A stretch of DNA of 26,812 nucleotides from Silvanigrellaceae bacterium (GCA_049423385.1 JBMSQQ010000047.1:1-26812); one strand, 5' to 3'; shown: positions 17,054 through 26,462, numbered from the stretch's first letter. Notes: a model not told the origin generated them from the letters alone. Made by a program: numbers and translations.

Positions 17054-18703
17054 ATGAGTCGTCGCGCAATGCCAGTTTCAACCAGAATATTTTCACGAGG
17101 CTTTTACTTCCTCGCGACGGTTGGAATTTTGGTGGGATGTGGAGGTGCGACTTCGACCGCCCGGGTTCAAGGCGGTTCGAAATGTGGCCAACAACCTGTT
17201 GTGGGTGGCGGAGGAACGGCCGGCGGCTCCACAGGGTTGACCATGCTCAATTCCAATCTCGATCTCGCAAGCAACCTGGCGAGCGTGTCCGGTGATGCGG
17301 GCGTGGGAACCGGCTATCTCGACATCAGCACCAAATCCGAAACGGGCGTGGCAGAGGGACGGCGTTGCACCATGCACGTACGACCCATCGAGGGCACAGA
17401 CTCGGTTGTTCGAATCTGGACGGCAGGACACTGTTTCTTCGACCCCCAAACACCCAAGTTCCGCAATTCCACGTACAAGGCACAAATCTATTACAACGGT
17501 GGTTATTTCTCTGCGGGCGTGGTTTTGGATGGAATGGCCGAGCTTGCGACCTTTTCTCAAGGTTTCGCGACTGCATTGAACTTGCCGGGCCTCGACACCG
17601 CATTGCCGGACATAAAAGGAGCGGTATTTTCGGCCCTGCCTTCACAAACGGGACAGATTTGTCTCGACAATGAATCCGCATTTGTGACGAACAAGATTTC
17701 CTCGGGCAACAGAAAAATGGTCGCGTGTTTTGCGCGCAGCGAGTTGCGTGGTTTTAGAACCACTCTGACGCTCGACAGCACCACCAAACCGTATATGACC
17801 GAAGTCCTCAAAATCTTGCGTGCCAGAGAGAAGGACGCGTTCGCAAAAATGGACGCCAAGACGGCTCTTCAAATCAAATCGTATATTGACATTCATTTTG
17901 CCGAAAGACGCAGGACTACCGACCTGCGGAGTTTGGCATTCAGTCTCAACAAACAGATTTGCGAGATCTTCAAGACCAACCCAACCTCACCGTTATTGGC
18001 AGGTTTGCCGACAGGATCATGCCAAACCGTGCCACTGATATCCGCGACTTCCACCATCCGCGATCTGGTTATTGCAAAATTCAAGGATCCAACAACTGTA
18101 CCTGCAACTGACAACAAAATGATGGAAGTGTATTACGACGATGGAACAACCAGCCTGGATGTCCTCAAGACAAAAACAGCAGGCTGCAACACCATGAACA
18201 TTGATTCACTGCCAGCGAACAACGATCTCATGACCCCTTGCGACATGACATTTGTTGCAGACAAACTGTGGCAAAAATGGGTTGACAGTGGTGCGCAGCC
18301 TGTCGTGTCGGGCACTTTGTTTGATGCAAACCTGTTCGGATTCAATCCCGACAGTTATTTTGCACTCCACACGAACGCCGCACAAACAGCTTTGCAGAAA
18401 TCCAGTGGCTTGCGCGGCAAGGCAAGAATATTGCCATTGAACAACAGCACGGTGTTGAATTTTGGAACCGCCGTTTCCGGCAGCTCGAACAACATCATGC
18501 ACATCAATCTCGACTCAGCAGCGCAGAGCTTGTTCCCGACAAAAGGCGACAGTGGTTCGATGCTTTCCATCTTTGGCTACTTTCCTGTGGGCCTTCTTTC
18601 CACAGTGGATGGAGAAAGAACATCCGGTGGCGCAAGCGTGACACCACTTCCGGAAGTCGGCTCCGAAGACGAGACGACAATCAATTCAGCCAGTGGCTGC
18701 TGA
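17054..18703 (+). CDS. Trypsin/chymotrypsin-like (clan PA) serine protease lipoprotein with a large internal insertion
   Basis: Lipobox LVGC; RCT...IWTAGHCF (His motif with Cys pair); KGDSGSML (Ser motif) followed by PVGLLS. Start uncertain (17027/17051/17054/17069). Confidence 0.7.
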   Translation: MSRRAMPVSTRIFSRGFYFLATVGILVGCGGATSTARVQGGSKCGQQPVVGGGGTAGGSTGLTMLNSNLDLASNLASVSGDAGVGTGYLDISTKSETGVAEGRRCTMHVRPIEGTDSVVRIWTAGHCFFDPQTPKFRNSTYKAQIYYNGGYFSAGVVLDGMAELATFSQGFATALNLPGLDTALPDIKGAVFSALPSQTGQICLDNESAFVTNKISSGNRKMVACFARSELRGFRTTLTLDSTTKPYMTEVLKILRAREKDAFAKMDAKTALQIKSYIDIHFAERRRTTDLRSLAFSLNKQICEIFKTNPTSPLLAGLPTGSCQTVPLISATSTIRDLVIAKFKDPTTVPATDNKMMEVYYDDGTTSLDVLKTKTAGCNTMNIDSLPANNDLMTPCDMTFVADKLWQKWVDSGAQPVVSGTLFDANLFGFNPDSYFALHTNAAQTALQKSSGLRGKARILPLNNSTVLNFGTAVSGSSNNIMHINLDSAAQSLFPTKGDSGSMLSIFGYFPVGLLSTVDGERTSGGASVTPLPEVGSEDETTINSASGC

Positions 18704-19453
18704 AGAGTCCTGGAGTCTGAGCATTTTCAAGACCATTGATTCCAGCTTCGACAACATCAAGTGAATCAACAGACCAAAACAGGACACCACCACGAGTGCC
18801 GCAAACAGACGTGCGGTTTCCTGATTGTATGCCGCCATGAGCAGGCGATAGGCCAAACCCAACTCCTGACCGCCGGTTCCTGCCACGAACTCAGCTCCAA
18901 CAGCTCCAACCAATGCAAGACCGCCGGTGATGCGCAATCCATTCACGATATAGGGCAAGGCAGAAGGGAGTTCGAGGTGCCAAAGGCGCTGCCAAACATT
19001 CGCCCTGTACAGCTTGAAAATACGCTGCAGGTTGGCATCACTCTTGCCCAGACCCGCAAGAGTTGAACTGATCATCGGATACACACACACGAGCCAGGCA
19101 CAGGTCATGAGTGCAAGAAAGGCATTGTTGCGAAACCAGATGATCAGCAACGGCGCAATGGAAACTACAGGCGTCGTTTGCAGGAGGATGGTGAATGGAA
19201 AAACACTTTGGCGAAAACCACGCGAGAGATGCGCCAGCAATCCAATTGTGAAGCCTGTCAGCAACGCAAGTACAAAAGCTCCAAGAGTGAGCTTGAACGT
19301 GAAAAGGAACGACTGCATCAAGGGGATAGCATCTTTTACAAGTGCCGCAGCAACCGCAGATGGAGCCGGCAAAAGCCATGAGGGTAAAGAAAGAAAGCGA
19401 CATGCAATTTCCCAGATCGCAACCATAAAAACGACCAACGCAACACTACGCAT
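18686..19453 (-). CDS. ABC transporter permease, NitT/TauT/SsuC family
   Basis: Motifs WLLPAPSAV, LQTTPVVSIAPLLIIWF, LELPSALPY and GAVGAEF; several TM segments. Confidence 0.92.
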   Translation of the reverse strand: MRSVALVVFMVAIWEIACRFLSLPSWLLPAPSAVAAALVKDAIPLMQSFLFTFKLTLGAFVLALLTGFTIGLLAHLSRGFRQSVFPFTILLQTTPVVSIAPLLIIWFRNNAFLALMTCAWLVCVYPMISSTLAGLGKSDANLQRIFKLYRANVWQRLWHLELPSALPYIVNGLRITGGLALVGAVGAEFVAGTGGQELGLAYRLLMAAYNQETARLFAALVVVSCFGLLIHLMLSKLESMVLKMLRLQDSSAATG

Positions 19454-20225
19454 GTGAAACTCCCTCCAGGGCAGCTTCGCTCCAAGCCTGGCGGACTTCG
19501 TCCTTGAGTCTTTGAACGCGTTCGACGAGCAGATGCGAAGCGAAACTCACCGACTCCGACCCTCCAGCCTGGAAATCGTAATACCTGAGCAATTGTCCGG
19601 ATCGGGAAAGAACAAGAATCCGATTACACATCCGCACCGCTTCTTCGATGTTGTGGGTCACAAGAACATAAGCAATTGCACTTTCACGCTGAAGACCCAG
19701 TATGTCGTCCTGCAGCCGGCCACGGGTGACGTCGTCCAATGCAGAGAAAGGCTCATCAAGCAGAATAAGCTGAGGTGAATTCACAAGGGCACGCGCCAAC
19801 GCCACTCGCATCTTCATACCCCCCGAAAGCTCGTCGGGATAAGAATTGGCACGGTCGGCAAGACCCACCCGATGCAAAAGCGAAGTCAGCAGTTCATCCT
19901 GCTTGCTTTCTTTTTTCGCCAGAATGTCGCCAACCAGCTCAAGGTTTTCGCGCACCGTCTTCCAGGGAATCAACGAGGGTTCCTGAAAGACAAATGAAAT
20001 TTTTTTTTCTGAAAGCTTGCGATTCACACGCCCAGAGGTCGGTGAAAGCAGGCCGGAGATGAGATTCAAAAGCGTGCTCTTGCCGCACCCGGAGGGTCCA
20101 AGAAAGGCTACGCGATCGCCGCTGGCCACCTGCAGATTGAAATTTCTGATAACCTCGCGACCGGAGAACCGCAATCCAACAGAATCACACTCCACGAGCA
20201 GTTGTCGGTTTTCTGTTGAGCTCAT
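19446..20225 (-). CDS. ABC transporter ATP-binding protein, NitT/TauT/SsuB family
   Basis: Walker A GPSGCGKST, VFQEPSLIPW, signature LSGGM, Walker B LLDEPFSALD and H-loop VTH. Confidence 0.94.
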   Translation of the reverse strand: MSSTENRQLLVECDSVGLRFSGREVIRNFNLQVASGDRVAFLGPSGCGKSTLLNLISGLLSPTSGRVNRKLSEKKISFVFQEPSLIPWKTVRENLELVGDILAKKESKQDELLTSLLHRVGLADRANSYPDELSGGMKMRVALARALVNSPQLILLDEPFSALDDVTRGRLQDDILGLQRESAIAYVLVTHNIEEAVRMCNRILVLSRSGQLLRYYDFQAGGSESVSFASHLLVERVQRLKDEVRQAWSEAALEGVSHA

Positions 20226-20237
20226 TGGCTCTCCTTT

Positions 20238-21323
20238 TCAAGCGAGTGACAGACCCAAACCCACGCCGCCAGGCAAGACGAGTTCCGAATTGCCCCGGTG
20301 GTAAGGACTTTGCACGGTTGGCCTGCTGCGCAGAAAAAAAGGCGTATCGAGATCACACCATTGAATGGCACCCGTCCCGCAAACCGCGTGCAGCGAGGCA
20401 GTCATGGCGATCTCGCTTTCCACCATCCCACCAATCATCAATGGGATGGAACATCTGCGAGCCACCTCGGCAATCAACAATGATTCCCTCACACCCGACT
20501 TCATGAATTTCAAGTTGATCATGCGTGCGCATTTATCGTTGACAACCTTGATGGCATCACTGAGAGTCTTGACAGTCTCGTCGGCACACACAGGAATGGG
20601 CAACATTTCGCTGAGGCGGGCCATTCCTGCAAAATCGTCTTCCGGGAGAGGTTGTTCGAAAAACAAGGGATCGATTTTTCGCGCCACCAATTCAAAAACC
20701 AGACGCTTTGCAGATTCGACCTGGAATCCCTGATTGCCATCGAGGCTGATTCGCAGATTTTTTCCTGAACAATTCATCAACGCCATGATACGCGCAACAT
20801 CGTCTTCAATTGGCCCGCCACCCACCTTGACCTTGACGTAGGGAAAGTTGTGCGACGAGAAACAATTCCAGAAATGTTCGACATCTGTTGCAGGAATGCA
20901 GGGAAGAGTGATGTCGGTGATTGCAGAGCTCAAGCCTGCTCTTCCCCAAAGCGCCCACAATGGACAGCCCAGCTGACGAGCGTGGAGATCCCACAATGCA
21001 ATTTCAACTCCCGTGCGGGCCGAAGGAGCATGACTGAACGAGTGCCAGAGTTGATTGTGAAGTTTTTCAAGGGCGGCTGCGGGAGACAGGCCCATCAATA
21101 AACTTGTCAACTCCTGCGACGCAAGCAAGGCGATTTCCTGGGTGTCTCCGGTCAACACGGGAAAGGGAGCAGCCTCACCTATTCCCACGCCACCCTCAGC
21201 GTCTGTGAGCGCAATCAGAACGTTTGCAACTTTTTCAACAGCTCCCTTGGAGATGTTGAAGGGCAAATGCAAATCGGATTCGAATGCAGCAACTCGACAA
21301 TCTGATAACGGCAACAATTTCAT
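20238..21323 (-). CDS. Dipeptide epimerase (L-Ala-D/L-Glu epimerase-like, enolase superfamily MLE subgroup)
   Basis: GIGEAAP; KVKVG (KxK); metal ligands DGNQG, EQP and ADE; NLKFMKSG; DLD (DxD typical of dipeptide epimerases). Confidence 0.88.
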   Translation of the reverse strand: MKLLPLSDCRVAAFESDLHLPFNISKGAVEKVANVLIALTDAEGGVGIGEAAPFPVLTGDTQEIALLASQELTSLLMGLSPAAALEKLHNQLWHSFSHAPSARTGVEIALWDLHARQLGCPLWALWGRAGLSSAITDITLPCIPATDVEHFWNCFSSHNFPYVKVKVGGGPIEDDVARIMALMNCSGKNLRISLDGNQGFQVESAKRLVFELVARKIDPLFFEQPLPEDDFAGMARLSEMLPIPVCADETVKTLSDAIKVVNDKCARMINLKFMKSGVRESLLIAEVARRCSIPLMIGGMVESEIAMTASLHAVCGTGAIQWCDLDTPFFLRSRPTVQSPYHRGNSELVLPGGVGLGLSLA

Positions 21324-21427
21324 TGCAGACTCCAGTCCAAGAGTGCCAATAGTTTGCCAACAAATACGATCAATAGAAAGCCCGTCTGTTAGATTGTTCA
21401 GGACTCGTCACTGAACTGGAGCCCGGC

Positions 21428-22708
21428 ATGAATCAATCGACCGACACTGCCCGCGAAAAGTTGATTCTACTCCTGCTCACTGCAATTCAGTTTGCCCACG
21501 TTGTTGACTTCATGGTGATGATGCCGCTGGGTCCACAGCTGATGAGAATTTTCGCAATCTCGCCTGCCCAGTTCGGACAGATCGTTTCTGCCTACGGAAT
21601 CAGTTCTGGAATCGCCGGACTTGTTGTGGGTCCGATGATTGACAAATACGACAGAAAAATTTTCATGCTTTTTTGTCTGCTCGGTTTGACCGCCGGAACC
21701 CTTCTCTGCGCGATTGCACCAACGGCAGACGTTCTTTTTCTCGCCCGCTGTATTGCCGGATTTTTTGGTGGAATTCTGGGTGGACTTTCGCAAGCGATTA
21801 TTTCTGATGTCTTCCCCGCCGAACGGCGTGGATTTGCAATCAGCAGAGTGATGACGGCATTTTCCATTGCCTCCGTGCTCGGTGTTCCTGCAAGCCTCGC
21901 GCTCGCGAACAAGTTCAGTTGGCACACCCCGTTTGTTCTGGTCACGGTGTTGCTCGCTCTTTTGATGCTCATCTCGTTGTGGCGTTTTCCCAGTCTCAAG
22001 GGGCATATCGACCCATCTTCAACTTTTCTGGGCAGGTTGAAGCAATTGACCCACCTCGTTGTCGAGAAGCCTGCCGTCATCGGCTTCCTGACCACATTCT
22101 TTATTATTTTCGGTCAATTCATGGTGATTCCATTCATCAGTCCATTCCTGGTCAAGAACCTTGGTTTTGCCGAGACGCAACTCCCGCTCCTTTATTTTCT
22201 CGGTGGATTTGCGAGCATCTTCACCATGCCGCTGATTGGAAAGTGGACTGACAAATTCGGCGCGTCGCGGATCTTTCCTTTTGGAGTCGTGATTTCAATC
22301 GTGCCCTTGTTCACTTTGACCCATCTCACAAGCCACAACCCCGTGATCATCCTTTCCGTCACGACCTTGTTCATGATTTGCATGGGTGGCCGCATGGTGC
22401 CATTTTCATCTTTGCTGACAACAGCCGTTGAACCCAGAAAGCGTGGAGCATTCCTGAGCCTCAACGCTTCAGTTCAGTCGCTCGCACAGGGCGGGGCAGC
22501 CTTGTTCACCGCATCGCTGGTTCACGAAGCGGCCGATGGCAGCTTGCAGGGATATGCGACCTCGGGATGGATTGCGGCAATCTTCAGCGTGCTGACGATT
22601 GTACTTGGACTTCAAATCGCAAAAGCCGGAGCGCGTTCAGTACAACAAACAGACTTGAAAACGCCATCGCAGCCGCTGCCCACATCGGAGTCAGTCGACC
22701 CGTCATAG
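21428..22708 (+). CDS. MFS transporter (DHA1/AraJ-like)
   Basis: About 12 hydrophobic segments. Motifs DFMVMMPLGP, IDKYDRK (motif A), ISDVFPAERRG and GKWTDKFG. Confidence 0.92.
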   Translation: MNQSTDTAREKLILLLLTAIQFAHVVDFMVMMPLGPQLMRIFAISPAQFGQIVSAYGISSGIAGLVVGPMIDKYDRKIFMLFCLLGLTAGTLLCAIAPTADVLFLARCIAGFFGGILGGLSQAIISDVFPAERRGFAISRVMTAFSIASVLGVPASLALANKFSWHTPFVLVTVLLALLMLISLWRFPSLKGHIDPSSTFLGRLKQLTHLVVEKPAVIGFLTTFFIIFGQFMVIPFISPFLVKNLGFAETQLPLLYFLGGFASIFTMPLIGKWTDKFGASRIFPFGVVISIVPLFTLTHLTSHNPVIILSVTTLFMICMGGRMVPFSSLLTTAVEPRKRGAFLSLNASVQSLAQGGAALFTASLVHEAADGSLQGYATSGWIAAIFSVLTIVLGLQIAKAGARSVQQTDLKTPSQPLPTSESVDPS

Positions 22709-24776
22709 CCAGGGGCATGAGAACGATGTTGTAACCAAACGCCCAGGCCAGATTCTGGCGAATGTTTCGAAACGTGGCTTTTGACAAAGATATGGCATTC
22801 AGCACACCCGAAAGTCCGCTGTCCTTGAGAGTCAAAGAGGCTGTTTGTTGTGCTGCATCGGTTCCATTCCCCATGGCAATCCCAACATCCGCGGCAGCAA
22901 GCGCAGGTGCATCATTGACACCATCGCCCAACATCGCAACCACCGAGCCTTGGGAGCGGAGTTGAGTCACAAGGGCCGCCTTCATTTGTGGGGTTTGTTG
23001 AGCATGAAATTCAATTTCCAATGACATCCCCAACGGACCAACCACATCCGCTTGATCACCAGACGCAAGTATACCCGTCACTCCCGACTGCTTGAGCGAT
23101 GCAACGACCCGACCCGCATCTGCCCTCAGGGCATCACTCAATGACCATGCCACGACAGGCTCGTCGTTGAGGGTACAGACAACCCAGGAGTTGCCATCAA
23201 CAATCGGAAGCAGCTCTCTCTGCTTCTCCGTCGCGCGACCCACCTGCAGTTGTTTGTCGCCTTCGGTTGTTGTCCAAAGAGCGCTCATTCCCTGCCCAAC
23301 CGATTCGTGAATCTGGCTGAGCTGCCCTTCAATTTGAGTCGGCAACTGCCGGCTTTTCATTTTTGCAACCAACGCCATTGCAACCGGATGTTGTGAGCGC
23401 TGCTCGAGCAACAAAACAGCATTGAAAATGTTTGCACGCTCTGCTTCAGAATGCTCCTGCCGCGAAATCCATTTTTCTTCAACCACCGAAAGTTTGCCTT
23501 CGGTGAGCGTTCCCGTTTTGTCGAAAACGATGGTTTGCACAGCCTGAAGAGATTCAAGTGCAGCAAGGTCGCGAAACAAAATACCCGCCTTTGCGGCGCG
23601 ACCCGTTGCGATTGCAATAGCAATCGGGGTGGCCAAACCCAATGCACACGGACACGCCACCACCAAAACAGAAACGGCTGCGTTGAGACTCGCCGGGAAG
23701 TCTTGATGCAAAACGAATTGCCAGACAAGAAATGTGAGCAGGCTCAACACAAGCACAACAGGAACGAAAACGGCCGATACCCTGTCCGCGAGTCGTTGAA
23801 TTGGCGCCTTGGAGATTTGAGTCCGCTCAACAAATTTGATGATTTCACCCAGGCGCGTTTGCGCTCCCAAAGCCTTTGCCTCGATTTTGACGACTCCCAC
23901 CTTGTTGAGGGAACCGGCAACAACACTGTCACCCACCCGCTTGATGACCGGACGACTTTCGCCAGTGAGGAGCGATTCATCGACTTCTGTTTGTCCATCC
24001 AAAACCAAGCCATCTGCAGCGAAGCGTTCACCAACGCGGGTCAGAAGGATGTCGCCGGATTTTACGAACCGCACATCCAGAGATTCCATCTCCGAATCAC
24101 TACCCTTGGACAGCCTGCAAGCCATGCGGGGCTGAAGTTGCAGCAAGGCACCCAACGATGATGTGGCGCGCCAGGTCATGCGTTGTTCGAGGTATTTTCC
24201 GATCAGGACGAAAGCAACGATCGCCGCTGCCGTTTCAAAATAAACGAACTCGGAACCTTGCGAAGCCTGAACGCAGGACCAAACAAAGGAGATGCCCGCA
24301 CCCAGGGCAACCAGCGTGTCCATGTTTGCCGCCCGGTGACGCAAGAGCGCGGCTGCCTTGCGAAAAAAAACGAATCCAGGTCCTGCAAGCAAAACGAACG
24401 TGAGCAGACCAGTCAGCAATCGAACCGCAGGCAACGCTGCAAGCGAATGGACCATTCCAAGAACAATGACAGGCAATCCCAGAACAGCAGAAAGAAGCAT
24501 CCTCTTTCGAGCTGTATCCTGCTCGCGTCGTTGACTCTCTTCGAGTGAAAAGCCCTGACCCAGAGGCTTGGCATGATAGCCGATGGTTTCAATTTTTTTC
24601 TGTATTTCAAAATCCGGCAATTCACTTTGGACAATCGCGGTGTGGGTGGCAAAATTCACCGTCGCTCGCTGTATTCCGGGGGTACTCGACAAGCCACGCT
24701 CAATGCGGCCTGCACAGCCTGCACAGCTCATTCCTTGAACGGAAAATTCTTTAACGTGGCTTTCGTTTGTATTCAT
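22584..24776 (-). CDS. copA: Copper-translocating P1B-type ATPase
   Basis: HMA GMSCAGC, TGES, ACPCALGLATP, DKTGT, HP and GDGVNDAP. YN and MAFSS transmembrane ligands indicate the Cu(I) P1B-1 type. Alternative GTG start at 24788. Confidence 0.95.
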   Translation of the reverse strand: MNTNESHVKEFSVQGMSCAGCAGRIERGLSSTPGIQRATVNFATHTAIVQSELPDFEIQKKIETIGYHAKPLGQGFSLEESQRREQDTARKRMLLSAVLGLPVIVLGMVHSLAALPAVRLLTGLLTFVLLAGPGFVFFRKAAALLRHRAANMDTLVALGAGISFVWSCVQASQGSEFVYFETAAAIVAFVLIGKYLEQRMTWRATSSLGALLQLQPRMACRLSKGSDSEMESLDVRFVKSGDILLTRVGERFAADGLVLDGQTEVDESLLTGESRPVIKRVGDSVVAGSLNKVGVVKIEAKALGAQTRLGEIIKFVERTQISKAPIQRLADRVSAVFVPVVLVLSLLTFLVWQFVLHQDFPASLNAAVSVLVVACPCALGLATPIAIAIATGRAAKAGILFRDLAALESLQAVQTIVFDKTGTLTEGKLSVVEEKWISRQEHSEAERANIFNAVLLLEQRSQHPVAMALVAKMKSRQLPTQIEGQLSQIHESVGQGMSALWTTTEGDKQLQVGRATEKQRELLPIVDGNSWVVCTLNDEPVVAWSLSDALRADAGRVVASLKQSGVTGILASGDQADVVGPLGMSLEIEFHAQQTPQMKAALVTQLRSQGSVVAMLGDGVNDAPALAAADVGIAMGNGTDAAQQTASLTLKDSGLSGVLNAISLSKATFRNIRQNLAWAFGYNIVLMPLAMTGRLTPMWAAAAMAFSSLFVVLNALRLLRFEVQVQSSAR

Positions 24777-24848
24777 GTCCGTGCGCACCTATACTGCCAA
24801 GTCCCGAATGAACAGATGGCAGTGGGTCTCTAACACAGGGAACTTGGG

Positions 24849-26462
24849 ATGTTAAAGCTTGTCGCGACGATTTTGATGGTTCCATTGCTTGTTTCGACCG
24901 GCTGCCTACGCTCGAAATTGGCTGAATCCGACAAAATTTCCAAATTTCATGACGCACAAAACCATCGCCTCAATGCGACTCCCTGGTTCCGCGTCGACAC
25001 CAATCGTGATGGAAATCTTTCCACGGCGGATGACTCCGATGATGATTGGTCATGGCAGGGACGCGGTGCATTCGTTCTGCCGAACCTCGATGATGATGAT
25101 CGGGATGGATCAACCGACTGCTCCGACGACTCCGTCAACACGGCCGCCGACGAAAAGGATCTCACTCCTGTGATTGTCGGTTGGAACGATGCAGATGCAG
25201 CGTATCTTGAAAAGTTCAAGTTCCGGTTGTCTGCCTCTTCCACATCCGCGCCGGTCAAATGGTTTCTGCGCACCGGAAGCGAATGGAAAAAGATGGACAA
25301 CACTTTTTCACTCGCCGAGTTGCAGGGAGAAAATACCCACAAGGCCATGCTTGGATTGGAGGCTTGTGCCTTTGCTTCAAAAAGCTGGGATGGATTCATG
25401 AACATCCAGCTTGAAGATGATGTTGGCGAGACCATTCAATCGTCACCCGTCAGGGTCTCTCCTTTCCTGATGATACCCAATACGGAAAGAATGGAAACGT
25501 TGTTCATCGCACGCGACAACACAGGAAAATACGGCAACACACGGATGCTGTTTGAACTGTTCCTGCCATCGCTGCTCGGCAGTGTCGCGGTGAAAACCTA
25601 CAGCACGGATGCCTGGCAAGAGATGTGGATGCAGGACACCATGGAGATTGGCTATGCGGAGTCACCCACGAGCAGGATGCATGTTGTGTTGAATGCACCA
25701 CGCGGCCAAGATAGGTTCGGCCGCACACGATTGGCTCCAGACGTTGGATATATTGAAGTGGCCCAACCGCGGGGACAGAACAGTCCCGGTGACGGATGGC
25801 TCGATTGGTTTGGCAACCTTGAAGTCAGCCCGCCCACCGCAAAATTTCCCAATGGAAGGGTTTACTACGGAATGAATCCAGAGACAGGCGACAGCCTGCA
25901 TCCCGAGGTTGTTTCCTTTCTCGAGGCACAGGAACTGCAAAAGCCCGTCGCCCTGGATACAGGCTGGCTGTTTATAAAACACGTCGATGAAATGCTGACC
26001 TTTTGGCCCGACGGCAGGAACAATGGGTTTGTTGCCCTGATGCCAAGCCCTGCTCTGGCAGGACAAATTCTGGGACAAGAACTCGATGACTACAACACTG
26101 AACTTCAGATGCGCATTCGCCGCACGGTTGACGGCGTCAGCGAGAAGTCATCCGTTGCAGAAATTTTTGGTCTTGAGGCAGGCCAGCTGAAGATGTTGCC
26201 ACTGCTTTACGATGCAGGGGAACATGGTGCAACCGGACGATGGTCGAATCCCGTCAATTCGGTGGTCATCAACAAGACGTTGCTTTACGGCAGAACGGGG
26301 GTGCCGAAGGCGGCTCACGAGTTCATCAAAAAGACGGTGCGGGAGAGCTCGATGCTCCCACTCGGAGTTGAAGACAGCGCCTATCAGCCACGCCTGGGCA
26401 ACGTTCATTGTGCAACAAACTCCAAGCGAAATCCCCCCAAACGCCCTTTTTGGCACTGGTAA
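24849..26462 (+). CDS. Protein-arginine deiminase (PAD family), lipoprotein
   Basis: WMQDTMEIGY, LDWFGNLEVSPP, GWLFIKHVDE and GNVHCATN correspond to the PAD4 catalytic Asp/His/Asp/Cys motifs. Acidic Ca-type segments DTNRDG and NLDDDDRDG. Lipobox STGC. Confidence 0.93.
   Translation: MLKLVATILMVPLLVSTGCLRSKLAESDKISKFHDAQNHRLNATPWFRVDTNRDGNLSTADDSDDDWSWQGRGAFVLPNLDDDDRDGSTDCSDDSVNTAADEKDLTPVIVGWNDADAAYLEKFKFRLSASSTSAPVKWFLRTGSEWKKMDNTFSLAELQGENTHKAMLGLEACAFASKSWDGFMNIQLEDDVGETIQSSPVRVSPFLMIPNTERMETLFIARDNTGKYGNTRMLFELFLPSLLGSVAVKTYSTDAWQEMWMQDTMEIGYAESPTSRMHVVLNAPRGQDRFGRTRLAPDVGYIEVAQPRGQNSPGDGWLDWFGNLEVSPPTAKFPNGRVYYGMNPETGDSLHPEVVSFLEAQELQKPVALDTGWLFIKHVDEMLTFWPDGRNNGFVALMPSPALAGQILGQELDDYNTELQMRIRRTVDGVSEKSSVAEIFGLEAGQLKMLPLLYDAGEHGATGRWSNPVNSVVINKTLLYGRTGVPKAAHEFIKKTVRESSMLPLGVEDSAYQPRLGNVHCATNSKRNPPKRPFWHW

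Noticed and set aside
17435..18240. Intein as the explanation for the trypsin-like insertion
   Set aside because: No recognisable intein splice-junction (His-Asn followed by Cys/Ser/Thr) or homing endonuclease motifs.
21344..21360. TTGGCA-N5-TTGGCA (GG-N10-GC) upstream of the epimerase
   Set aside because: Weak match to the sigma54 consensus; not distinguishable from chance.
24784..24800. Sigma54-like TGGCAGTATAGGTGC upstream of copA
   Set aside because: The predicted TSS would fall at or past the start codon, and the match is imperfect.
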